DNA of 32,000 nucleotides, from positions 1,530,001-1,562,000 of the forward strand of contig NC_008818.1 of NCBI RefSeq assembly GCF_000015145.1, given 5' to 3'. Source of the stretch: Hyperthermus butylicus DSM 5456. Lineage in GTDB: Archaea > Thermoproteota > Thermoprotei_A > Sulfolobales > Pyrodictiaceae. This document shows, in pieces, positions 17,098 through 25,180 of this stretch. Both the position numbers and the translations under genes were made by a program. Positions within the stretch are counted from its first letter, which is position 1. Each line of letters starts with the position of its first letter. Below the pieces are notes generated by a model. The model saw nothing but the letters and a program-made list of their open reading frames with translations, was not told the origin of the DNA and searched no databases.

Positions 17098-18303
17098 CTA
17101 TTCCTCCAGGGCTGCAAGCGCCTTTAACACGTCTATAACCGGGTTGCGCTCGGGCACCGTGGCCCTCGCTATTATCTCACGGTAGACTAGCCTTGCTAGG
17201 CTACGGCGTATCTGCACCTTTTCATGCGCCAGTACCACTGGTAGTGGCAGCCGGTAGCCGGGAAGCGTTAGCTCGTGAGCTACTGCTACGGCCTCTGCCG
17301 TCCAGGCATTGGGGTCTTCGCCGCGAGGTACTGGCACGTCTAGCCTGTATGGCCGTAGGGTGTTACCGGGTAGAACGTAGGTCGACACAATCTCTATGCC
17401 CGCTGAGCGGTAGGCGTTGCAGAGCCTCTGGGATAGCTGGCTGCACAATGGAACGGGTTCTGTGTAGGCTGAACCCACGCCAGCAGCCCTAGCTGCAGCT
17501 GCGAGAGCCAGTGCTAGGTCCTCGTCGCCTAGGCTTCCTGGTACTTCTAAACCAGCACTACGTGCCAGGCTTGTGAGGATGCTTAGTCCTGCAATACGTT
17601 TTACCACACCAATAACCCGAACGCCTTCAGAGAGCTTCGAAGCGAGAATTGTTGCCCGCAGATTGTGGTAGCGCGGAGCAAGCCTTAGAGCTTCAGGCTC
17701 AGCCAGTCCGAGCACCTTCATGTACGCTACCGCCATTGCCGCCGCGTCGGGGTCGTGTGGAGGATCCGCTATGGGACCGTCGAGGAGTATGTAGCTACCC
17801 CTGGGGGGCTCTACCGTGTCTAGAGCTGCTGTTTCAAGGAGGAGCATTGCATACTCGGAGACGAGTTCTACCATGGAGCCCGCCGGGTCTACCAGCTCGA
17901 AAACCTCCACTGCTGGATAGGAGACCCTGGCCCTGCCGTCTCGGTACTCCACCACTGCGGAGGCGGCGAAGACGTAGTAGCGGCCGAGCCTGCCACCGAC
18001 ATACTGGCGCGAACCGTCAACACCGTAGAAGGTGTTTGCACGTACTTTCCCCGGTATACCGTGTAGGAGGCCTCGCTCCTCTAGAGCTGCGAGGAGCTTC
18101 TCGCTGAGCCCCGCTAGCCTGGCATAGTCTTGGCTCTGGGCCCGGGCTAGGGCGCGGCGGAGGAGCTTCTCTACAAGCTCACCGTCGCTAGCTATCTCCG
18201 ATGCTAGCGCTGCTAGTTTCTCTCTAACCCTTTCCACCAGCTCCCTCTCCAACACCATACACCCGGCGTAGGCTCTCCACAAGCCGTGTTCTGCCCATCG
18301 CAT
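17098..18303 (-). CDS. NurA-like nuclease-domain protein (paralog type, partner of the HerA-like ATPase)
   Basis: Two acidic motifs in NurA-like order: FYGVDGSRQYVGG, then YILLDGPIADP. About 390-400 aa. The probable start is the ATG at 18258 (MVLERELVE...), overlapping the upstream ATPase gene by 35 nt. Confidence 0.6.
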   Translation of the reverse strand: MRWAEHGLWRAYAGCMVLERELVERVREKLAALASEIASDGELVEKLLRRALARAQSQDYARLAGLSEKLLAALEERGLLHGIPGKVRANTFYGVDGSRQYVGGRLGRYYVFAASAVVEYRDGRARVSYPAVEVFELVDPAGSMVELVSEYAMLLLETAALDTVEPPRGSYILLDGPIADPPHDPDAAAMAVAYMKVLGLAEPEALRLAPRYHNLRATILASKLSEGVRVIGVVKRIAGLSILTSLARSAGLEVPGSLGDEDLALALAAAARAAGVGSAYTEPVPLCSQLSQRLCNAYRSAGIEIVSTYVLPGNTLRPYRLDVPVPRGEDPNAWTAEAVAVAHELTLPGYRLPLPVVLAHEKVQIRRSLARLVYREIIARATVPERNPVIDVLKALAALEE

Positions 18304-19897
18304 GGCTTACCCTGCGGCGGCCGGTGCGTACGAGTGCCGGGAAGCCGAGCATGTTCATCTGCCCAGTTACCACTGCTATGCCGCGCGGTAGACGAGTAAG
18401 CCTCCTTTCGAGGCTTCTCGGCAGACCACCGCTAAGCTTGGAGACATACGGGATATCCTCTACCGCGAGCCTATAGATTATCCACGTGTTAACCATCGAT
18501 AGAACAACAGGATCCACGAAGGCTGGCCTCTGGCTCACGAGTACAAGGCATAGCCCGAACTTGCGGCCCTGCGTAGCTATCAGCGCGAGGTAGTCCCTGG
18601 CTAGGCTCCATGCCACTGGGTATGTGCGGGGGTTGGGTGCGTAGTTCTGGGCCTCCTCGATCACCAGCGCGAGGTAGCGCTCCTCACCCCTCACCTTGTA
18701 CTCTGTAAACACCTTGTAGAGGAGCCGGGCCAGGTAGGCTACAACGAGCTGGCGGACGGGCAGCGGTATCCCTGGGGCGCCCTCGGCTGAGAAGTCGATT
18801 ATCGCGAGGCTGGGTTGCGCCGTCAGCTCATCGATAAACCCCTTGTCTATGCTGGGCTTCCTCGATATAACACCGTAGCCCTCAACTATGTCGCCGACAA
18901 ACTTGTCCACCGCAGAGCGTACCGCACGGGCTGTCTGGGGGTGTATCGGCGCCCCGCGCCCAGTGCTTAGCTCGGAGAGCAGCTCGTAGAGCTCCGAGAC
19001 CCTCCTCGTGAATATCTCTGTGTAGCTTTGGTACTCCTCTCCCAGCTCCCTCAAAACCCTCTCAAGAGCTGCCACCTGCAGCTCGTTAACGTCTACGCCT
19101 CCAGACTTGTAGGTGACTATGAACTCTGCAAGCTCGCGAGCAGTAAACACGTCGAGGTCTATCGTGACGGTTCTGGTGTACGGCTCGAAGCGCGCCGGGC
19201 TCCGCGGGAAGACGAGCCTGTATACAGCATGGTACTCTCCAAGCCGGTGCCCTGAGGCGAAGGCTTCGTGGTAGTCTAGATAGTCGCCATTAGCATCCAC
19301 CACCACTGCCGGTAATGCACCATACCGGCCATCGCCGAGGGGTATTCTCGATAGCAGCTCTAGCATGTAGCCAACACCGTAGCTTTTCCCGCTACCTGTC
19401 TCCCCGAAGACACCAACATGCATAGTGATGTTCTCGATGTCGAGCGGCAGTCCGAGACCCTCATAGCCAAGCAGCTCACCGTACCAGACGACGCCAGGAG
19501 CATCACGTTCTACTCCGAGGAGCTTCTCGAGCTCGCCAGACCCCAGCATTCTAACACGGTCACCAGGCTTTGGTGGCCGGTCGGGCTCCTCCAGCCCTCT
19601 CCTGCCAGCTTTGCCCAGTATTGCTGCCTCTGCAAGCGTGTAGCGGCGAGCAACCTCCTCAGCTAGGGGTGGCAGGAGTCCACGCCGCCTGGCTTCACTC
19701 CAAGGGTCGCCTTCGACGAAGAACTCGTTTACTGGCACAATCCTCTCGATACGGGCTAGCAGGAGTTCCGAGCCACGGTTAGACTCTATGATTACTAGTT
19801 GGCCTTCCCTCAGCCGCTCCTCGCCAGCCTCCGTCAGCTGAATCTTAGCCTCATCGCTTGTCGAGCCACTAAGCACAAAACCTACGAGCAGTGTCAA
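18224..19897 (-). CDS. HerA-like (FtsK/HerA superfamily, DUF87-type) ATPase
   Basis: 557 aa. The N-terminal region (LVGFVLSGSTSDEAKIQL...LVIIESNRGSELLLARIERIVP) resembles a HAS barrel. Walker A GETGSGKS, Walker B LALVIEEAQNY, then GRKFGLCLVLVSQRP, typical of HerA-family helicases/translocases. Confidence 0.8.
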   Translation of the reverse strand: MTLLVGFVLSGSTSDEAKIQLTEAGEERLREGQLVIIESNRGSELLLARIERIVPVNEFFVEGDPWSEARRRGLLPPLAEEVARRYTLAEAAILGKAGRRGLEEPDRPPKPGDRVRMLGSGELEKLLGVERDAPGVVWYGELLGYEGLGLPLDIENITMHVGVFGETGSGKSYGVGYMLELLSRIPLGDGRYGALPAVVVDANGDYLDYHEAFASGHRLGEYHAVYRLVFPRSPARFEPYTRTVTIDLDVFTARELAEFIVTYKSGGVDVNELQVAALERVLRELGEEYQSYTEIFTRRVSELYELLSELSTGRGAPIHPQTARAVRSAVDKFVGDIVEGYGVISRKPSIDKGFIDELTAQPSLAIIDFSAEGAPGIPLPVRQLVVAYLARLLYKVFTEYKVRGEERYLALVIEEAQNYAPNPRTYPVAWSLARDYLALIATQGRKFGLCLVLVSQRPAFVDPVVLSMVNTWIIYRLAVEDIPYVSKLSGGLPRSLERRLTRLPRGIAVVTGQMNMLGFPALVRTGRRRVSHAMGRTRLVESLRRVYGVGEGAGGKG

Positions 19898-19985
19898 AGT
19901 ATCCGGTGCCCCGCTCCTATTCCCTCGCCGGGGTTGAGTAGTGAAAGGGCTGCGGGTTCATCAGAGGGTCTAAAATCTCCTGGTT

Positions 19986-21212
19986 TTGCTTAATCTTCCG
20001 GAGGCGGCTGGATTGGCTCGTGCGAGAACTGTTAAGCTTTATGATAACCTCTACCTTATACGTGTCGAGGACGATGAAACAGGGTTCTTCGAGGCTCTCT
20101 GGGAGATACCAGAAGGAGTAACCTACAACTCCTACCTAATCCTAGGCCAAAAGCGTACAGTTCTGCTTGACACTGTTAAGAAGCCCTTTACACTTGACTA
20201 TCTGGAAGCTCTTAGCAGTATTACTGAGCTGCGCGATATAGATGTCATTGTGGTCCACCACTCTGAGCCAGACCACTCTGGCGCCTTGCCTGAGCTGTTA
20301 AAGCGTGTAGGTAACGTTGAAGTCTATGGTCATCCAATGGCGAAGACTATTATTGAGAGCCACTATGGTGTAAAGCTGAACTCGTTCAAGCCTGTGCGGG
20401 AGGGCGCCAGACTAGACCTCGGTGGCGATGAGTATCTAGTGTTCTATCAGACTCCATGGGTTCATTGGCCCGATACAGTTATGAGCTTCTATGAGGCTCG
20501 GGGCGTCCTATTTTCCGGTGATGTGTTCGGCTCCTACTCTATACCTTCAAGCGTGACTGACGAGCATGTGGAGGATTTTACCACATATATCCGGTTCATG
20601 AGGAAGTACTTGGCTACTGTTGCTGGGAGGTATAGGAGCTGGATATTGAAGACGCTGGACAAGCTGGAAAATGCTGGCGTTAAACCTAAGACAATAGCGC
20701 CGCTTCACGGCCTAGTACTGCGACGCTACATCGGAGACTTCTTGAGGCTTTATCGTAGCTGGGTGAGCGGCGACCTAGACAAGAGTAGGGCTGTTGTGAT
20801 CTACGGTAGTATGTACGGTGCTGTGGAGTATGCAGCACACATCGTGGCCGACATGTTACGGGAGAAGGGGCTTCACGTAGCTATCTACGGTTTCAACGAT
20901 AAGAGCCGGGCCCTCATAGCCGACGCTATCGGCGATGCGTTTGACGCAGGCTACATCGTACTAGGGGTTCCGACATATGAGGCTGAGGCCTTCCCCCTAA
21001 TGACCTATGTTGCTGAGCAGCTCTGCGCTAAGGCTGCTGCTGGGCAGAGAGTGATGCTGTTATCCTCCTATGGTTGGGGTCCTGCTGCCATAAAGAAGCT
21101 GGAGCCTTTGCTGACAAATTGTGGGTTCAAAATTGCTGCTCGAGTCGAGGTCCGCGGTGTAGAGTATGGTGACAAGCTGCGCGAGGCCGTAGAGAAGCTG
21201 CTAGCTGGCTAG
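19986..21212 (+). CDS. flavodiiron protein (metallo-beta-lactamase-like domain plus flavodoxin-like domain)
   Basis: H-x-E-x-D-H diiron motif in VVHHSEPDHSG, and a C-terminal flavodoxin-like segment (AVVIYGSMYGAVE...). About 400 aa as expected for class A FDPs. The TTG start is uncertain. Confidence 0.8.
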   Translation: MLNLPEAAGLARARTVKLYDNLYLIRVEDDETGFFEALWEIPEGVTYNSYLILGQKRTVLLDTVKKPFTLDYLEALSSITELRDIDVIVVHHSEPDHSGALPELLKRVGNVEVYGHPMAKTIIESHYGVKLNSFKPVREGARLDLGGDEYLVFYQTPWVHWPDTVMSFYEARGVLFSGDVFGSYSIPSSVTDEHVEDFTTYIRFMRKYLATVAGRYRSWILKTLDKLENAGVKPKTIAPLHGLVLRRYIGDFLRLYRSWVSGDLDKSRAVVIYGSMYGAVEYAAHIVADMLREKGLHVAIYGFNDKSRALIADAIGDAFDAGYIVLGVPTYEAEAFPLMTYVAEQLCAKAAAGQRVMLLSSYGWGPAAIKKLEPLLTNCGFKIAARVEVRGVEYGDKLREAVEKLLAG

Positions 21213-21253
21213 GATAGTGATAAACCGCTATACAGCTGGAGGCTCTGCCCCGG

Positions 21254-22624
21254 GTGCAGCTAGGATCCATGGGCGGGCTTGGGGGGCTGCTAAAGGCGTT
21301 AGAGAGGGTTGGCTGGCTGCTAGATCGTAACGTTCCAGTGCTAGGCTGTAGGCTTGGATCTCGCAGCTGCTGGAATGTGAGAGGCGACTACTGGCTAGCG
21401 GGTGGGTTTGAGAAGAGCATTGTCAGCCAGCTCTTCCACTCTACTTTCGGGGTTAGAGTATCCTTTGATGAGAGGCTTGTGGTTTTTCACCGTATACCAG
21501 CACCTCAGAGCGAGTATGCCATCGAGGTTTTTGCTGAAGCGCTAAGACTCAGCGCAATAGAGTATGTGGCTGGGCGTGGCTGGGTTCTCCACCCTAGTGG
21601 TGCAGCTGCAAGTCTTGCAGCAAGCCTTGGCGCTCCAACCATCGGCGTTTCAGGGCCGCGGGGAAGGCGGCTTAAGGGTAAACGTGTAAGGCTCCCAGAG
21701 TGTAGCATTGGGAGCCGCAACTGGGTCTTGGTATCCGTTGATGGCTGGGTAGGCCCTGCGAGGGTTGTTGGAGAGTGTACTGTGAAGGTTAAGGACTTGG
21801 CTCCAAAGGGTATGAGGCTCCTAGATCCCGGCAGCATGGAGGAGGCAGTGGAAGTTAACGCGGAGGTAGTAGGCGGCCTAGCCTCTGAGGCTAGGGAGTT
21901 TATCAGACGCGTCTACGCGAGGTACCAGGCTAGCAGGGGCAGGCTATACGTAGCCTTTAGCGGTGGCTCCGACTCCGCCACAGTCCTCAGCCTCGCGAGG
22001 GAGGCTGTTGGCCCCGAGAACGTGGTAGCAGTATACGTTGACACCGGCATGGAGTTTCCGGAGACACGAAGGTATGTTGAGAAGGTTACTAGCATCCTGG
22101 GTGTAGACCTAGAGGTTGTTGAAGCTGAAGCTGAACCCATCGAGGAGATTAGGAGAAGAGGGCTCATGACGAGGGATGACAGGTGGTGTACCCGGCTACT
22201 AAAGCTCAAGCCGTTGCGGCGCTTCTACCGGTCACGCGGCGTAAGGCTCATACTCGACGGGGCTCGCCGCTGGGAAAGCACGACGAGAGCCTCGACACCT
22301 AGGATTGGCGAGAATCCCCTCATACCTGGCGTCGTGAGGGCACTACCCATACATCACTGGCCACGGCTGGCTGTGCAGCTCTACCTCTACGAGAGGGGCA
22401 TACCATTCAACCACCTTTACAGCAAGGGGCTCACACGCATAGGCTGCATATCATGCCCCGCAATGCATCTCTACGAGCTACACATAGCATACCATCTACA
22501 CCCCTGGTGGTTTGAGAAGCTAGCTGAGGCCGTAGCAGAGCACTACGGGCTCTCACAGCGCGAAGCCCTGCGGTTGCTATTAGTCGGCTCCTGGAGGAAG
22601 GCTGGAGGCCGAAAGGCGTCTTAG
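21254..22624 (+). CDS. PP-loop ATP pyrophosphatase / PAPS-reductase-like family protein with an N-terminal extension of about 200 aa
   Basis: PP-loop LYVAFSGGSDSATVL, then VYVDTGMEFPET and a C-terminal GCISCP. The N-terminal half is unassigned. Alternative ATG start at 21269. Confidence 0.7.
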   Translation: MQLGSMGGLGGLLKALERVGWLLDRNVPVLGCRLGSRSCWNVRGDYWLAGGFEKSIVSQLFHSTFGVRVSFDERLVVFHRIPAPQSEYAIEVFAEALRLSAIEYVAGRGWVLHPSGAAASLAASLGAPTIGVSGPRGRRLKGKRVRLPECSIGSRNWVLVSVDGWVGPARVVGECTVKVKDLAPKGMRLLDPGSMEEAVEVNAEVVGGLASEAREFIRRVYARYQASRGRLYVAFSGGSDSATVLSLAREAVGPENVVAVYVDTGMEFPETRRYVEKVTSILGVDLEVVEAEAEPIEEIRRRGLMTRDDRWCTRLLKLKPLRRFYRSRGVRLILDGARRWESTTRASTPRIGENPLIPGVVRALPIHHWPRLAVQLYLYERGIPFNHLYSKGLTRIGCISCPAMHLYELHIAYHLHPWWFEKLAEAVAEHYGLSQREALRLLLVGSWRKAGGRKAS

Positions 22625-22888
22625 AAGCTGGGCTGCCTCGCGCAGCTCAGCTCCCGCCTTTGCAGCACCACGCAGCTCTAGGGTGTTTGCTATCGCTTCA
22701 AGCCTATCAGCTAGAGCCTCCACAGCTACGAGATACCTTGGAGCCATTGATAGTTCGTACTCTCGAGCCTCGTCGAGCGCAACTACAAGTATGTCCTCAA
22801 GCTCCTCACATAGGTCTCGCGCGGCGGACTCGCTGCATGCACTACGTATCCGGGACAGTGCCTCTACAATTATCTCCCCCGGCTCCAT
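22580..22888 (-). CDS. small helical hypothetical protein (about 102 aa from the ATG at 22888)
   Basis: ORF only. I trimmed the track ORF (22580..22996) to the first ATG, MEPGEIIVEALSR.... Convergent with the PP-loop gene and overlapping its 3' end by 45 nt. Confidence 0.35.
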   Translation of the reverse strand: MEPGEIIVEALSRIRSACSESAARDLCEELEDILVVALDEAREYELSMAPRYLVAVEALADRLEAIANTLELRGAAKAGAELREAAQLLRRLSASSLPPGAD

Positions 22889-23032
22889 GTTATTCAACCC
22901 CCAACCTCTCGGGGCTGATGAATTCCAGGCCCCAAGACCCGAGAGGGCAGGGGGTGACGAGGGGATTAGCCGCCTGACCCTCCCCTCTTGACTCACTGGT
23001 AGGGGCTTAGCCGATAAGGTATTACCTCGGTT

Positions 23033-24391
23033 ATGGTTTCCCCTGGGGCTCCGTGGTTGAGGCCAGGCGACTGGTTCATAGACATGTTTACTAGCGAGGC
23101 TGAGAAGCTCCTGGAGTCCCTGAAGGCGCGGCAGGCTGGAAGGAGTCTTCAGAGCGTTGATACGTACTGGTGGGTTCCAGGCCTTCCCGAGGATGGGGAT
23201 GCTGATCGCCCAGTTGCAGCCGTGGATGGAGGCGGCGGATTCCAGCCTCTTGCTATGGGGTGGAGCCTCTACATAGCCAGGGCGTACGGCTACGTTGAGG
23301 GTGGGGAGCCCGAGAGGGGGCTGGAGCTTCGCCTCTATCCTGTCCGCGATACCCGTGTCCTCGACTCGCTAAGATCCTGGCTTGAGCACAGGATTGCTGT
23401 GAGGCTCGTGCACCGGCTCCCACCGGGCAGCATACTCCTAATGGATGGCAGTTTGTGGACCACAATCACGTCGGCTTTCCGCTCCATAGCCAGACTTGCA
23501 TCTAGTTCGATAAGCGGTATCGGAGGGGTCTACACGGCGCTCCACAGCAGCTACCTACTCGCCGAGGTAGCTACACTCTGTAGAACTGCTGCTGAGCGGG
23601 GGGTTAGGCTTGCCTATGTATCGAAGGATCACGGGTTTAGGGCTTTAAAGGAGAAGGTTTTACTTGAAATGGTTGCCTCGAAGGCCAAGCCGCTGGCCCA
23701 GCTGGTTTCAAGGGCTCTGGATTACTACCCGCTAGCGATGAGGGAGCAGCTGCTATCCGCTCGAAGGCTCGTCCCGAGAGAGCTGAGAGGCCTCTATGAC
23801 GCTGCACTAGACCCGAGCTACCGAGATCCAGCATTCCTAGCTGACACCGCGGGCTTCAGTGTTGGCTACACGTGGCCGCTAAGGCTGCCACCGCCGCACC
23901 AGCTGCACAGCAGGCTAAGACGTGGCGGGCTACGCGGTCTCCTCGAGGCTGCAGCTGAGAAGGCCTATGTACTCCTCGGAGACGAGCCGGAGGCTAGCGA
24001 ATTCCGCTCCCTCGCAGAGAGGCTGCCAGAGCTTCTAGACCAGCTACCCGGCGTAAGCATGGTCTATGTTAGGCTTGCTCCTGGCGACCAGCCTCTCCTC
24101 GTCGAGATACCCGGGCCTTCAGGCAGCTACTATTCGACGGGAAGGGTGCTCGTAGAGCCCGACGCCGCCGTGGAGGAGGTGCTCGCTGCTCTTCGCAGAG
24201 GCTACGGGGATCCCGATTACTACAATATACCGCTCATAGCTGCCCACTTGAACGCTACGATCACAGGGAGGCAGATGGAGGAGTACATGGGGCTCCTTGA
24301 GAGCCTAGCACTGGCCCAGGGTGTAGGGCTGCGGTTTACAAGACGCTACAGTATATCTCGAAGGTTTAGGAGGAGATTTGGAAGACTGTAA
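23033..24391 (+). CDS. second NurA-like nuclease-domain protein (divergent paralog)
   Basis: 452 aa. Motifs PVAAVDGGGGF and ILLMDGSLWTT occur in the same order and at similar spacing as the DGS / LLDG motifs of the 17098..18303 product and of NurA nucleases. Confidence 0.55.
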   Translation: MVSPGAPWLRPGDWFIDMFTSEAEKLLESLKARQAGRSLQSVDTYWWVPGLPEDGDADRPVAAVDGGGGFQPLAMGWSLYIARAYGYVEGGEPERGLELRLYPVRDTRVLDSLRSWLEHRIAVRLVHRLPPGSILLMDGSLWTTITSAFRSIARLASSSISGIGGVYTALHSSYLLAEVATLCRTAAERGVRLAYVSKDHGFRALKEKVLLEMVASKAKPLAQLVSRALDYYPLAMREQLLSARRLVPRELRGLYDAALDPSYRDPAFLADTAGFSVGYTWPLRLPPPHQLHSRLRRGGLRGLLEAAAEKAYVLLGDEPEASEFRSLAERLPELLDQLPGVSMVYVRLAPGDQPLLVEIPGPSGSYYSTGRVLVEPDAAVEEVLAALRRGYGDPDYYNIPLIAAHLNATITGRQMEEYMGLLESLALAQGVGLRFTRRYSISRRFRRRFGRL

Positions 24392-24428
24392 AACTCCTTA
24401 ACCCTTGTAGACACTCGTTACTACATGG

Positions 24429-25058
24429 GTGGGTTTGATGGCATCTAGACGGCATACCACTCTTCTAGCAGTACTTCTGGCAGGTATCATTGCAGCTACT
24501 GTTATCGCCATTTATGCTCGTGGCAGGAGCGGTGCTGCCAGTGTTAGCCCGGTAAGCCTTGACAAGCTGCCGTGGCCACGGCTTGTCAAGGTTTCGACTC
24601 CTGCCATAGGTTCTAATGGCGTGTTTGAACACGCATATACTTGCGATGGTTCCGATACATCACCAATGCTGACCATAGAGCTTACTGGTAACGCTGCGAA
24701 AGCCAAGTCACTGTTAATAGTAATGTTTGATCCTGATGCTCCCCGTGGAGTGTTTATCCACTGGCTCGTCTACAACATACCTGTAAACTCCACTGTAGTC
24801 GTTGTACCCGATAGTTTACCCAGACAAGCTGTAGTGGACGGCTTTTACCAAGGTGTTAACGACTTCGGCTGGATCGGCTACGGTGGGCCCTGTCCACCTC
24901 CGGGCGACCAGCCACATAGATACTACATACGTGTATTCGCCCTAGACTCTATGATCTCCTTGAGGCCGGGGCTACGGCTCGATGATGTGTGGAACGTCGC
25001 TAAGAGCCACATTATAGCGTATGGCGAGGCTGTCGGAACGTATAGCAGGGCTGGCTAA
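24429..25058 (+). CDS. PEBP (phosphatidylethanolamine-binding / YbhB-YbcL) family protein with an N-terminal membrane anchor or signal
   Basis: FDPDAPRG.FIHWLVYNIP and GYGGPCPPPGDQPHRYYIRVFALD are the two PEBP signature blocks. N-terminal hydrophobic LLAVLLAGIIAATVIAIY. Alternative ATG at 24438. Confidence 0.8.
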   Translation: MGLMASRRHTTLLAVLLAGIIAATVIAIYARGRSGAASVSPVSLDKLPWPRLVKVSTPAIGSNGVFEHAYTCDGSDTSPMLTIELTGNAAKAKSLLIVMFDPDAPRGVFIHWLVYNIPVNSTVVVVPDSLPRQAVVDGFYQGVNDFGWIGYGGPCPPPGDQPHRYYIRVFALDSMISLRPGLRLDDVWNVAKSHIIAYGEAVGTYSRAG

Positions 25059-25180
25059 GGCATCTTAGACTTGTGGAGCTACAGGGGAGGATTCGGGAGA
25101 AGTGTAGTGAGGAGGAGTGCCTTGGCCGCGTACCACATACCTATCATGGTCCCGATTAGGGCCAAGGTTGTGCGTATTCC

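Noticed and set aside
2937-22888. Possible paralogy between the two small acidic helical proteins (2937..3188 and 22580..22888)
   Set aside because: They share only a loose C-x(5-10)-EL(D/E)..L....EY.LS resemblance by eye, which is too weak to claim without a proper alignment.
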